A DNA stretch of 64,000 nt, from positions 73,842,001-73,906,000 of the forward strand of contig OZ024745.1 in assembly GCA_964016885.1 (NCBI GenBank), written 5' to 3'. The stretch comes from Eledone cirrhosa. Its lineage: Eukaryota. Shown piece after piece: positions 1 to 12,390 of this stretch. Positions within the stretch are counted from its first letter, which is position 1. Every line of letters starts with the position of its first letter. Position numbers and translations under genes: made by a program. Under the pieces are notes generated by a model. It ran no database searches and was not told the DNA's origin. It was given only the letters and a program-made list of their open reading frames with translations.

Positions 1-1249
1 TCCTAAGCCTCGCCTGACTGCGCTGGAGCGTTTGCTCTTTCGCTTTTTGTGGAAGGGACGTGCTCCGATGGTCAGGCGGTCCATCTGTTGTCAACACCCG
101 CTACGTGGAGGGCTGGGCATGCCGTGGCTGATGATGCGCAGGCACGCGCTCAGGCTACGACATCTCCACCTCTTCCTCGACGGTGATCAGGTGTGGTCGC
201 CGTTTGCTAGACGCGTTTTTCCCCAGCTCGTTTCCTTGACGGAGCTGCAGTCCTGGGTCAAGCGAAGACCGAGAGGGAGCGCCTGGAGACTGGAATGTCT
301 TCAGGCGCTCACAGCCCTCGACCAATCGGGCAATGTGATCGGTGGAAACTCCACCTCGGCGTTCTATAGAGGATTAGTGGAGGGGAAGAGCGACGACGTA
401 CTTGGGGAAACTCTAGGCGTCGACGAAAATCAACTAGCCAATCTCTTCGGAAGAACTTTCGGGCCAGGGCCTATGGACAACTTCCAGAAATCTCTGGCCT
501 GGCAGTGCTACCGAGGAGCCTTGCCAGTTCGGGATAAACTCTACAGGCATGGAGGTGCCGTCAGCCGGGCATGTCCGAGATGCGCGCAGGGCGACGAAAC
601 CGTCCTGCACGCACTCGTCCAGTGTTCGAAAATTGCTGACTTGTGGGTTTATGTCGAACACCTGCTGTCGCGTTTAGGACGGATCCAGCTATCATCTGAG
701 TCTATCGTGAGGATTGCCCCGCCCTCCTCCTTTAGCCGGGAAGGGCAGGCAGTTTTTATCTGTCTGGTGGCCATGGCGAAAGAGATAGTATGGTGGACAC
801 GTTTGAAAGGGCTGAAGACGAGCACTTACCTCTTCGGTGATGCTCTGATTGACTTTTTCAAATTTCATTTGAAAAGGAAAATCAGAGTAGAGAGGGAAGT
901 GCTCTCTTCCCAGCATTTTGTTGAAAGATGGGTGAGAGAAGCAAGAATGGCCCGAGTGAATGGGCCGACTCTGAGTATATATCTGTAAACTAAAGGTGGA
1001 AAACTGGGAGAGGGCACTTGCCTTGGTGGTCAGGGTCATTGTGGCTTTTTACTGGGCTTTCTCCACAAATGTCCCTCCGAAGTCTCCCCCCTATTGGGGA
1101 ATTTTTCATTGTTATTTTCATTGTTATTTTTGTTACATCCTCTGTTTTTGTTTTTTTTACACGCAGAAATGCCCATTTGTACCGTCCTGCATTGTCCTGC
1201 ACTGTCCTTAATGTCTACTTTATGTAAACCCTTGTGGTTAATAAAGAAA

Positions 1250-1286
<37 letters not shown>
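1..1286 (+). mobile_element. L1/Tx1-type non-LTR retrotransposon 3' end (ORF2 C-terminus, 3' UTR, (TTA)n tail)
   Basis: ORF to 988 with GGLGMP motif and zf-RVT knuckle CPRCAQGDETVLHALVQC; AATAAA at 1240 followed by (TTA)n at 1252-1286. Confidence 0.9.
32..988 (+). CDS. LINE ORF2 C-terminal region with zf-RVT (runs off the window edge)
   Basis: Uninterrupted 318-aa ORF with FRFLWKGR, GGLGMP and C-x2-C-x8-H-x4-C. Confidence 0.8.
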   Translation: MLFRFLWKGRAPMVRRSICCQHPLRGGLGMPWLMMRRHALRLRHLHLFLDGDQVWSPFARRVFPQLVSLTELQSWVKRRPRGSAWRLECLQALTALDQSGNVIGGNSTSAFYRGLVEGKSDDVLGETLGVDENQLANLFGRTFGPGPMDNFQKSLAWQCYRGALPVRDKLYRHGGAVSRACPRCAQGDETVLHALVQCSKIADLWVYVEHLLSRLGRIQLSSESIVRIAPPSSFSREGQAVFICLVAMAKEIVWWTRLKGLKTSTYLFGDALIDFFKFHLKRKIRVEREVLSSQHFVERWVREARMARVNGPTLSIYL

Positions 1287-1299
1287 GTGTTTTAGGGTG

Positions 1300-1473
1300 T
1301 ATTGGCAGTATCGGTAGAGGGTCGGACGCCATTCTTTACGGCATATAGTTACGGTTCTTTATATTCTGAATTCAAATCCCGCCGACGTTAACTTTGCCTT
1401 TTATCCTTTCGGAGTCGATAAAATAAAGTACCAGTAATGCACTGGGATAATTACTGGCCTTGTAGAAACAATT
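1300..1473 (+). mobile_element. tRNA-derived SINE, family A
   Basis: A-box-like TGGCAGTATCGG, B-box-like TTCAAATCCC, tail GTCGATAAAATAAAGTACCAG shared by more than ten copies in the window. Confidence 0.85.
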
Positions 1474-2191
1474 ATTTTTATGTGTTTTTGTTCTCATACT
1501 GTCCCCAATGTGGTGGAACCATGTGGCCAATAAAAAAAAAATCATTATTATTATTGATTTTGTTATTTTTGTTGTGATTGTGGTGTCGTTCATGTTGTTG
1601 ATGATGATGATATAAATAATATCAATAATTTTGTTATTATTATTATGTTTGATTAAAAAGTTAATCAAGTTATTTTTTCAATTGCTACAATAAGAATGAG
1701 TGAAATTATTTGCATTTATATTAGTCATACGAATAATATTCCTATCAGGTATAAAAGATGATTCATTTTAAAATCAGTCTGTAGATGGCGCTAGTGGACT
1801 TAACAGTTAAGTAATTACAAAGTTGATTAAATATTAATATTAGTCTGGTGCTTACGTAATCATTCTTGCTTTCGATGAAAGTTGATTCCATTATGTATTT
1901 TACTTCTATGTAATATGGTAAGCAAGCATCACAAGACATTCTGTATCTTTAATGATTTAAATCTGCAGTAGAACTGCGTTGCTAAGGTAAAAAGGAAAAT
2001 AAATTATTGATCGTTTCTTCCAGAATAGTGATACTGACATAGTATTTAGGTGCATCTATCTAGAACACAGCCAAGAGAAGAGTTACTGGACAAATTGGAA
2101 ATGCAAATTGAAATATGGTTAGAATAAAACTGTTAGTAAATATCTCTAGACACATACAAACATACAAAGTAAATATATATATATATATATA

Positions 2192-2224
<33 letters not shown>

Positions 2225-2238
2225 GTGTGGTGTGTGTG

Positions 2239-2279
<41 letters not shown>

Positions 2280-2461
2280 TCATATATATGCATGTGTATG
2301 TGTGTCAGTGTCTTTGTACGTATGTATCTATGCATGCGTATGAAGTAGTAATTTCACAGTATCCCCTGACTACTACATATTGTCACTTCTAGCTATTGCC
2401 GTGAATGTAAGTTATCTATTAAAAAATTTGTATTGATGGATGAGTGCATGTTAATAATATA

Positions 2462-3045
2462 CTATCAGTGGTACCCGGCGTTGCACGGATAAGGTATTTT
2501 GGAACGCGGGCCGCCAACAGACCTAATCGTGGTAAAACTGCATGCCTGGGCATTATGTAAAGAAAATAAACCGAATACTCTGATGGCTGGATAATCTTTA
2601 AGATTTTCCTCGATGAAGCAGGAAAAATGCAGGTTTTCACCTAATGCGGGCCCTAGGGGATCAAGAAAATGAATTTTTTTTTATGTACATAATATGCCTT
2701 GAAATTTCGGGAAAATCGGCTATACGTAACGCCTCCAAAAAAGCCCTAAAAAGCTGAAAAAATAAAGTGTTTCACCTAATGCCATAAAAAAGTTGGATTT
2801 TCTTTGCTCACGGTATGAAGAAGAGACTGACTAATACATAGTTACAATTTCAAGGAAATCGGTCTGATGTAACGCCTGAAAAAACCCATAAAAAGCTTTA
2901 AAAACGCAGTTTTTCACCTAATGCGGGCCCTAGGAGATCCCAAGTTGAATTTTTTATGTGCATAACACTCCCTGATACATAAGTAATACAGATGTAAAGT
3001 TTGAAAAAACCGGTTGGGTACTCTCGAATCTTAGGGATTCAAACT

Positions 3046-3077
<32 letters not shown>

Positions 3078-3383
3078 CATCCTCGAGGAAGTGATGCAGA
3101 CAGCCAAACATACAGACAGATATTATAAGGGCGCGACGTTATATGTATGTATCTATCTAAAAAGAGAAAGAGAAAGACTAAGAATTATAGAGAGAGATCG
3201 CTAAATCGCCTAATGTGGTCCCTAGGGCATTGAAAATTTGAATTTTCTTTTGTTCAGAACACTCCCTGAAACATAAGTATTACATGTGTAAAGTTTGAAA
3301 ACAGTCGGTTGGGTGGTTCTCGAGTTTTAGGGATTCAAACTCACACACACACAGACAGACATCCTCAGTTTTATATATATAGA
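2462..3383 (-). mobile_element. Non-autonomous Helitron
   Basis: Minus strand starts A|TCTATATATATAAAA and ends with hairpin CCGTGCAACGCCGGG then ATAG|T (CTAG-like); internal repeats CCTAATGCGGGCCCTAGG; no TSD, inserted between A and T. Confidence 0.8.
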
Positions 3384-4620
3384 TATCATACATCTTCATT
3401 ATTTATATTTTAATCTAGAAGGAGGGACAGTGCCTTATTGCCTTTGTGAGCCTTTCCAAACTGGTGCTGTTGTTGTTTAGTCCCAAGTCAACCTTTATTC
3501 AGAAAATATAAGATCAAAGCTGTAACCATTTCATTTTATGTCCATGCATGATGGCTCTATAACTATATAGTGGTTAAGGTTTCTTCCCTCTTTTAAGATG
3601 TGATTTGAGGAAACTTTGGTTGCTATTTCTAGCAGGTCCAATGATTACTTTGGTTGTTGCCGCTGTTTGTTTGTTTTTTCTTGTATTTGTTGTTGTATAG
3701 CTCTAGGACAGAAAAACCATATTATCAAAGGTGTTTCCCCCGTAACTATTCCCCTTTTTGCTTATATGCAGGGAAGGCAGGAACACACCATCAAAGTGTC
3801 TATTTCAAAGGATTGGATAGAGATTTGGCTACTATTTCTAGCACATTTAATGGGAATGCAGAGGCTTTTGGCTGGCTTGATCTGGTAAGGTTAATGCAGT
3901 TCGTGTTTAGCTTTATATATATTTGCTGATTTAAGTAGCAAAAAAAAAACCCCAGTGATGTTTCAATCTGTTACAGTTCTGGGTAGAAAGAGTCAGACAA
4001 AAAAGTTCTTAGTGTGTTGTTTCATGATGATCAGATACTGAGGAGGTGAGGCAGATGACTCAGGTTGTATTCGGTGGTAGTGATTAACAGCTTTCTCATT
4101 CAGTGAAGTAAGAACCATTGAATTCTCGGCCGTAATGTATGTTAATGGTTGTAGTGTGTTAGTAAGTGACGGTTTGCCAACATCATGCCAAGCCACATGA
4201 TGCTATTTGGCAATGTCTGGATGTTTAGGACGTATAGAAGATCAGATATAGAATCTATATCTATATATCTTAGCCAAAATACTCTATAACTATAAATAGG
4301 AATACGAAATGTGAGAAACAAATTACATAGTATGTGTTTCCAGTCACATCACCTGATTAGATATTCTGTTGAAGACTAACCAACGAAGAGGCCTCCACGT
4401 GCTAGAAATAGTGTAAGGTAATCCTAGAATCACAGTGTTCGAGAGAAAGATAGGAAGGGGTCAAGACTGGAACTCCTTTAATTATAGGTCAATAATAACA
4501 ACAATAACAACAACTAAAAGAAGCTGTCTTTTTTAAATGAATGTTGAAGTTCTTTCTGCTTTTTCGCCGCTGACAAATTCTCTTCGTTACCTCTAAATAT
4601 AAATCAAGGTAGTATCATAA

Positions 4621-7468
4621 CATCTCAGCACTTGCAGCACCACTAACAGACGGAAGAGAGGCCGGAAATGTTTGGGGTGCGGCTGCTTCCCCCACCTCAC
4701 CTGCGTTGGCTTGACTCGTCAAGCTTCCAATGCTCTCGCAGCGTGGAGGTGCAGGATCTGCCTCTTCCCCACGTCTTCCCAACCACGGCCGTCTGGCACA
4801 CCACCAGATGGGACAGCGAGCTTGCCTGACGCCCAAGCCTCGCTGGTCAACATCGCTCGCCTCAGGCGGCTCCGGAAGATCCACCTCAGGATCCCGAGAG
4901 CGGCACGGGTGCCGGTAGCCGATGCCCTCGCTTCCTCGATTGAGAGTACTCTGGACTGCAATTGAACCAGTGACTGGGAGCGGCTGTTCTATTTCGCCCC
5001 ACTCGCCCTCAGCCTCCCCAGCTCTGGCCAATGTATCGTCCTTTGGCCGAGCGCCCATTCCAAGCGTGCCCAGGGACGCCACACACCCCACCCTCAGGTA
5101 CCCCCTATCCTCCACCCCCGAGGCCAGCGCCAAGCGTTTGTGTGACCAGGTAAACGCCAAGCTTATCATGGGTGATGTCTCGGCCGCAGTCAGAGTTGTT
5201 GCCTCAGAGGGCACTGTCCTCCAACCCACCGAGGAGGTCCTGGCTGCTCTGCGACTCAAACACCCTGAGCCACTCACTGATCTCAGACCCATACCCCCAC
5301 CCGAACCCCACTTGCTCCTTGTGGCTTCTAATGCAGACATCATGTCCGCCATCAGGTCCTTCCCAGCTAGCAGCTGCGGAGGTGTTGATGGTCTCCTACC
5401 AGGCCACCTCAAGGAGTTGATATCCTCCTCTCTGCTGAGGCCGGGCGCCGCCTTCTGAGTGCAATTATGGCGCTCACGAATAGGCTCTTCCTTGGCGCTC
5501 TGGACCCTTACGCCCGAAGCCTCTTTTTTTCGGCCAGCGTCACGGCTCTCAGGAAGAAAGAGGGTGACATTGCTGTCGGCAATATCTTCCGGAGGTTGGT
5601 TGCCAAGGTGATCTGCAAGTCCGTAACACACGAACTGGGTGAGGAGTTTAGTCCGGTGCAACTGGATGTCGGCGTGTCCTGTGGCACCTCATTGTCAAGC
5701 TTGACATGAGGAATGCCTTCAGCTCTTTACACCGGGATCATCTGCTCGAGGCCTGCCTCAGCCGAGCCCCCTCTGCCTATCCGCTGCCCTACCTGTCGTA
5801 TGGATCCCCGAGCATGATCCTTGCTGCTGATACGGTGATACCATCGGCTACTGGGGTCTAACAGAGCGACCCTTTGGGACCCCTCCTGTTCTCCCTTGGT
5901 AATGACCACATCGCTCGGAGTATCACGGCCCATCTCAACCTTTGGTATCTGGATGATGCTACGTTGGGCGGGCCCGTACGGACGGTCTGCCATGACCTTC
6001 AATCGGTGGTTCCTGCCCTGGCGGGAATCGGCCTCCAGGTCAACTCGGCCAAGTCGGAGGTGGTGAATGTCAGTCATGATGCTGCGAGCTTTGCACCCTC
6101 CGTCTTGGACGTGCGGTCTATTCTCCACCAGGTTCAGGTGACCCCCCAAAGAGGATGTCCTCATCCTCAGGTCACCGATCCACCCGCCGGCCATCCGCTC
6201 CACCATCAGGTCCATGCTTCAACAACTCCAGACTCTCACGAGCCGACTGGGCTTGATTGACGGCCACCCAGCTCTCTTTCTGCTGAGGAACTGCTTCGCT
6301 ATGCCGAAGCTCCTCTATACACTCCGCAGCGCTCCGTACTACACCCAGACATCTCTCCTCACTGACCTCGATACTTGTATCCTAGCAGCAGCCTAGGAGA
6401 TATGCAACGTCAAGTTTGACGACATAGGGTAGTAACAGGCCACTTTACCTGTCAGGTATGGCGGCCTTGGCCTCCGGTCCCCGATCTCACTAGCTTTGCC
6501 GGCGTATCTTTCGTCGGTAACCTCGTGCCGCGTCCTCGTCAGCAGGGTTCTTCAAAATACAACAGTACCCTCTGTGTTCAGAGAACGTAAGGCCTCCTGT
6601 GAGACGTGGGACCGGCTGGGACTTAGGCCAGTAGACGTCCCTCCTCCTTCTCCCCCTGTTGACTCAAGCCCCACCCGCACCCCAACGTACTTGGAATGCC
6701 ATCCAGTGCAGCCTGGTCTCAGACAGGCTCACGCGCCAGCACCGCCTTGCTTGTTTTCGTGCGGCCTCCAAACCCCACAGTGGTGCCTGGCTCCATTTCC
6801 TGCCCTCCTTCTCCACTGGCACGCAGCTAGACAACCATAGCTTGCACATCGGCGTTTCCCTGAGGCTCGGCCTCCGGATCTGCCAGCCACACCAATGTCG
6901 CTGTGGTTCCACCGTGGACTCTTTCGGCCTCCACCCGCTTTTCTGTCTCCACAGTGCCGGCCGCATTCCACGCCATGCTGCCCTCAACGAGGTCATTAAG
7001 CATGGCTTGGACGCTGCAGACTTCCCTTCCCAGCTCGAGCCGGTGGAGCTTGATCGAGGGGACGGCAAAAGGCCAGATGGCATGACCATCTTCCCGTTCC
7101 GCGGTGGCAAACCCCTCGTCAGGGATGCCACTTGCACCGACACTTTCTGCAGCCGCAACCTGGTGCAGTCTGCGATTGACCCAGGTTCTGCTGCACGTCG
7201 GGCTGAGAGGGCCAAACTCCTCAAATACCGATCGCTCTCCGACAGGTTTGCGGTCGTACCCCTGGCAGTGGAGACTTCTTGTGTCCTCGGCCCCAGGGAT
7301 ACCTCCTTACTCACCACCATAGGCGCTGAGCTGGCCAACCGCAGGTGTGAGCCCCGCGAGTTGGAGTGGCTTTTCCAGCGCGCCTCCCTTGCCGTCCTCC
7401 GGGGAAACGCCTTCTCCATTCTCTCCGCCGGGGCTGTGGGTGGGCCCCATCGCGTATCAGGCCGATAA
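4621..7468 (+). mobile_element. CRE-clade non-LTR retrotransposon (RT plus restriction-like endonuclease), with frameshifts and stops
   Basis: LRLKHP; SFPASSCGGVDGL; IAVGNIFRRLVAK; GPLLFSL; WYLDD; PKLLYTLRS; SGAWL; CRCG...H...C knuckle; RH; RPDG...D...E...K...KY endonuclease core. Confidence 0.9.
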
Positions 7469-9402
7469 ATAAAGTACCAATCCGACATTGGTGTCGATTC
7501 TCCACCCATACATACGTTAGAAGATAAAGTGATTGTTTGCCATCAGTTCACGTAGTCATACGACGAAAGACATTCCAGATTTGACAATCTCGTCTTTGTT
7601 TTCAGACGTAGACTATGTAGAATGCCAGTTACCAATAGTTCAACCATTGTGAATTCGGAATCTGAATACTTCGTCATCTGAAGAATATAACTAGGGATTT
7701 GAGAGATTTACCATTAACATGTTTAAGCCATTATTAGAAAGACGAACACAATTCTTCCTGTGTTGAAAAGTAATATAAACTATAAATCTTCAATTCCAAA
7801 TGTCATAGATTTCTTTGGAATGCAATCCAATTTACTGGATTTCAGATTTGCTCTGACAACTTCTTCCTCTTTGCATAATTTATAATGACATTCAGTTGAT
7901 GCTTGTTTCATTCGATCTTGGCTTTTAAAGTTACTTTATACTTCTATTAAAGAGAATGCCTATTGTGAATAAACTGTTGGTGTAAATGATTAGTAAGATA
8001 TGAATATACACAATCCAAGTTATCTTCAAAGATATCCATAAAACCCAAAAGTATCTTTCATCTTTTCTAATTTAGCCTGAAGAGATCGATCATAAAGGAA
8101 AATTGCCGAAGATTTTCTATTTTTTGCTCGTCATTACTCAACTACTTCAATCTTGTTCTATTTCCATCAAGATCTGAACAAGTATACAGTGTTATTGTAA
8201 AATATATTAAGAGTAATGTTTAGAAAATAATATTCAAAACCAATGTACACATAATGTTCTATACATCATTTTAAATGACTCTTTGTAACTTCTGCTAGAC
8301 AAAACGTAAAGTAGACTCTGTGAATGGTATGATTCAGGTTAACATCATGTGTAAAGTGAAAGAGGTAAGAGAATACGTTAAGTATTTAATACTCTTGACA
8401 ACCAGAACAAAATCTGTATCAGTTTAAGTGTTGTTAAGACAAGTAAAATCAAGATTGAATGCCAGATCGATTAAATATGGAAATAACTCATTTTAGCCCC
8501 ATGTTCAGCCAAAATACTGTGAAATCATGATTGGGAATTAATGGTGTATAATTACTAAAAGTAAATTTATATTTGCAACCTCGAACAACAAACAATTAAA
8601 ACATTTTTAAATGTACATATGCTAGACTTCACAAACTCCGGCGATGTTTCAAAGCGCTGACACATATCCATAATATAGTAAGCCTGTGGATGCTCGGCAT
8701 CGTAGAAATGCCAGTTAATTTTTCCTGAAATCACATCCTTCCATCTTAGAAAAGGACAGTGGATAATGTAAACCTGGATTGTATCCTCATAAGAAAAAGG
8801 TGGAATGGTCACAGTTGGAATATTTCTGATCATTGGGCTGGAGCTTACTAAACAACAACAGCAACCTGAACATCAACAATCACGTTACCAAAACTGAACA
8901 TCATGACCAACCATTAATTCAGTTTTGAAGAGCAGCTCCCCCTCCTTCAGGTTAAGTAAAGTTCACAGATTTAGGAAAGAGTAGCTACTACACAATCATT
9001 TTAAAATGCAAACCAAAATTAGCTATCTCTTTTTCTCATTTTCTTTCTTTTTCTCCACTTCCTACTCTCTTTCTTCCACTCCGAACTGAACGGTTCATTT
9101 CCTCCTGTATTAACAGTGTTCTAATATCGCCCAAGTCCACTTGATTAGCTTTTCTTATTTCGACAAATATATTTGTTATTTCCCCAAACCATCCATCAAA
9201 CATTTCTCCTACACTTTATCACAAGAGAAACGATTTTCAAAAACATTCTTCTCTATATTTTGCATACAGGCATCAACTTTTAAATGAAATAGCTGCGCAT
9301 AAACCTTCTCAGACTCAACAATAGTGAGTAGGGAGGCTGCTGACGCCTTCTTCAAATAAAATTATAAAAGAAATGTACACTGATCATTATGATCTTTTCG
9401 CA

Positions 9403-9620
9403 GGGCGGTGGATTGGCAGTATCGGTAGAGGGTTGGACGCCATGATTTGACTATAGAGTTACGGCCCTTGCCATTCTGAGTTTAAATCCCGCCGAGGTTA
9501 ACTTTGCCTTTCATCCTTACGGGGTCGATAAAATAAAGTACCAGTAATGTACTGTGATCGATTTAATCGACTTTTCTCTCCCCACAAAAGTTTTGGCCTT
9601 TTGCCTAAATTAGAAACCAT
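9403..9620 (+). mobile_element. SINE family A
   Basis: Close match to the other family A copies (TGGCAGTATCGGTAGAG ... GTCGATAAAATAAAGTACCAG). Confidence 0.85.
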
Positions 9621-9647
9621 TATTACTATTATTGTTGTTGTTGTAGA

Positions 9648-10262
9648 AGGGCGGTGGATTGGCAGAGTCGTTAGACCGTTGGGAAAATGCTTAGCAGTAT
9701 TTGTTCCTGCTTTTTGCGTTCTGAGTTCAAATCCTACTGAGGTTAGCTTTGTCTGTCACCCTTATCACCTTGACCGACCAGTCTGTCGAGCGCCATTCGG
9801 CGCCGCTGTTTTAGCCATGCGATGACACCATCCCACTGGCTGGGCGGACAGGTCGTAAGTCTAAAGTCTGTCTTAAGCCAGAAGGCTCATTTGGCCGGTG
9901 CTTATCCCGGTTTCATGGCGTGAAGCGACTGAGAGTACAAGACTCCTCCCTGGACAGGACGCCAGTCCATCGCAGGGTTTAACATCCAGCTATTACTGGT
10001 ACTAATTTTCAGCTGAGTAAACTGGAGCAACGTGAAATAAAGTGTCTTGTTCAAAGAAACAACACATCACCCGGTCCGAGAATTGAACTCACAACCTTTC
10101 GATTGCAAGCCTACTGCTCTAACCACTAAGCCATGTGACTTCACCTTTCACCTTTCACCCTTATAAGGTCGATAAAATATAATACCAGTAACACACTAGG
10201 CTTCATTTAATCGACTCACCTCTCCATCAAAATTGTTGGCCCTGTGCCTAAATTGGAAACTT
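9648..10262 (+). mobile_element. SINE family A copy split by a nested family B SINE
   Basis: 5' half at 9648-9765 and 3' half at 10155-10262; duplicated TCACCCTTAT at both breakpoints. Confidence 0.75.
9766..10135 (-). mobile_element. tRNA-derived SINE, family B
   Basis: Minus strand TGGCTTAGTGGTTAGAGC (A box), GAGTTCAATTC (B box), central TTGAACAAGACACTTTATTTCACGTTGCTCCAG domain. Confidence 0.85.
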
Positions 10263-10351
10263 TTACTATTAATATTAAATTTACTTTTTGCTTTTTATTA
10301 TCGCACAGGGCTTCAGCTCTCTTAGTTTTCTTGTTATCACTTGTTTACAAT

Positions 10352-11973
10352 ACACATCTATTGTTGTAGCTATATTACGTTTCTAGTTATAAGGCTTTTT
10401 CACACTTCAAAAGGAGTTATTTTTGAGCCCTACGGGGCAGAAAACCAAAAAACATTTCAGGATTCTTAGTAAACAAGAACCCATCCAGACAATATGGCAA
10501 CACCAGTTTCGATTTCAATAACAGCCAACCCCCTTCCTACAACTGTCTTCGCCATAAACCAACAAACCAACAAAATAACAACAACAAAACACATGAAGCT
10601 ATTAAAATGCATGATCAGTCAACTATTAACCATTTAACTGGCAACAACAACAATGACAGGGAAAAGTAAAAACAATACCAGCTCCACCAACATTGCAATA
10701 GACAACAGTAACAGTAATAACAACAACAATAATTACAGCAACAACAACCCCACCATATAAAGCCACTGGTGACTGTATTAACAACATTAACAACAACAAA
10801 AAACCACGAAGAAAAAGGATGTGGTACTATAAAAATCACCGCTACCGAAATTAACAATAACGACAATGAAAATAAAAAACACACCCCTATCTCCATCACC
10901 GGCACCACAACAACAACAACAACAACATATAGCAATGAAAACAACACCAAAGGTAACAATAACGACAGCAACAACTCCACCAGCAAAATGTCGGTTTCCG
11001 CTATAACAACAAGACAGAAAGATTTTTGTCACTTCCACGTGACATCAAGGACGTTTTAATAACAAGGGGCGTTATCAAGATTGAATGCAGAAAAGCCGCT
11101 GTAGTATATCTATTGGAAATGTTGACAGTAACTGCAGTCTGCTGTGAAAAGCCAATAACAGTGGCTAGAATACATGAGGTGAGTAGTTGTACGAGGCAAG
11201 GACCTCAAAGTTTTAATCGTTTGACCTACGAGCTTTCGCATATATCCCACACATGTTTGACAGTATCCTGACTGATGCCTACTCTAACTGGCACTTGAAG
11301 GGGAAACTCCGGGGAGTGGTATCGCTGACGTGGAAGGACGTAAACAAGGGAGACATATTTGAAAATTTCCAGCCCATAACTCTGTCCAACACAAAACTTA
11401 GGATTTGGGTCAAGGTGCTAGCAAAGAGCGCTTGCTGTCGAAAGCGTGGTTGGGAAGGCGCAGATGTGCACAATTGCGACCAGGTTCATCCACGACAACT
11501 TTGATCTCATGGGATACTCGGTAGTCGGAACAAAGGATCACCAACCAGATTCGTTTCAGATCGGCGCTCGCTCCGTCAAGTATGTTCTCTCTCTTTCCTT
11601 CCGTATGTATTGATTCTGAAGACCATTTTGCGGAACCTGGAGCTGTTGAAGTACATCCCACTCGAAATGGAGGCTTAATAGAAAAATTCGGAAATTGTTG
11701 ATAATGATTAGAATGTACCACACATCTATTGTTGTAGCTATATTACGTTTCTAGTTATAAGGCTTTTCCGCACTACAAAAAGAGTTATTCTTGAGCCCTA
11801 CGGGACATAACCCCCACCCCAAACAAAAATTCTGGATTCTTAGTAAACAAAAACACATTCAGACAATATGGCAATAACAGTTTCGATTTCAACAACAGCC
11901 CCCCAACACACACAACTGCCGCCGCCATAAACCAACAAAATGCATGAAGCTATAAAAGTACATGATCAGTCAA
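10352..11973 (+). repeat. About 260-bp diverged direct repeat pair (10352-10623 and 11720-11973)
   Basis: Both begin ACACATCTATTGTTGTAGCTATATTACGTTTCTAGTTATAAGGC and end CATGATCAGTCAAC. Confidence 0.9.
11230..11510 (+). pseudogene. L1/Tx1-type reverse transcriptase fragment
   Basis: KGDIFENFQPITLSNTKLRIWVKVLAK resembles the KGD..NWRPITLLN.D.KILAKVLA RT motif. Confidence 0.7.
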
Positions 11974-12009
11974 CAAAAGCAGACATGGAACGACATTATT
12001 TACTAAGAA

Positions 12010-12198
12010 GGGCGGTGGATTGGCAGTATCGGTAGAGAGTCGGACGCCATGCTTTCCAGCATAGTTACGTCCCTTTACGATCTGAGTTCAAATCCCGCCG
12101 AGGTTGACTTTGCCTTTCATCCTTACGGGGTCGATAAAATAAAGTACCAGTAATACACTGGGTAATTGCTGGCCTTGTGTCTAAAGTAGAAACAATTA
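12010..12198 (+). mobile_element. SINE family A
   Basis: Full-length match to family A with A and B boxes. Confidence 0.9.
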
Positions 12199-12390
12199 TT
12201 TACTAAGAAGAGGAGGTTGCAAACACTTACTTGAATTGTCACTGGAAACGGCAACATTTGGCTTAAACTGCTATCTAATGACTGGATCCTAAAACTTGTT
12301 TTAAAGCACGAAAACAACAAACAAATTATATTCAGTAGCAAAAGAGACAAAAAAAAAAAACTTAAATGAATTCCAATACTCTGATCTCAC

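Noticed and set aside
4615-7509. Long minus-strand ORFs (348 aa and 281 aa)
   Set aside because: Antisense shadows of the GC-rich CRE coding sequence
8072-8120. CTGAAGA ... GAAA
   Set aside because: No consistent stems; likely a chance match
12010-12100. Functional tRNA genes at SINE heads
   Set aside because: A and B boxes are present but there is no complete cloverleaf, and each is fused to a SINE body
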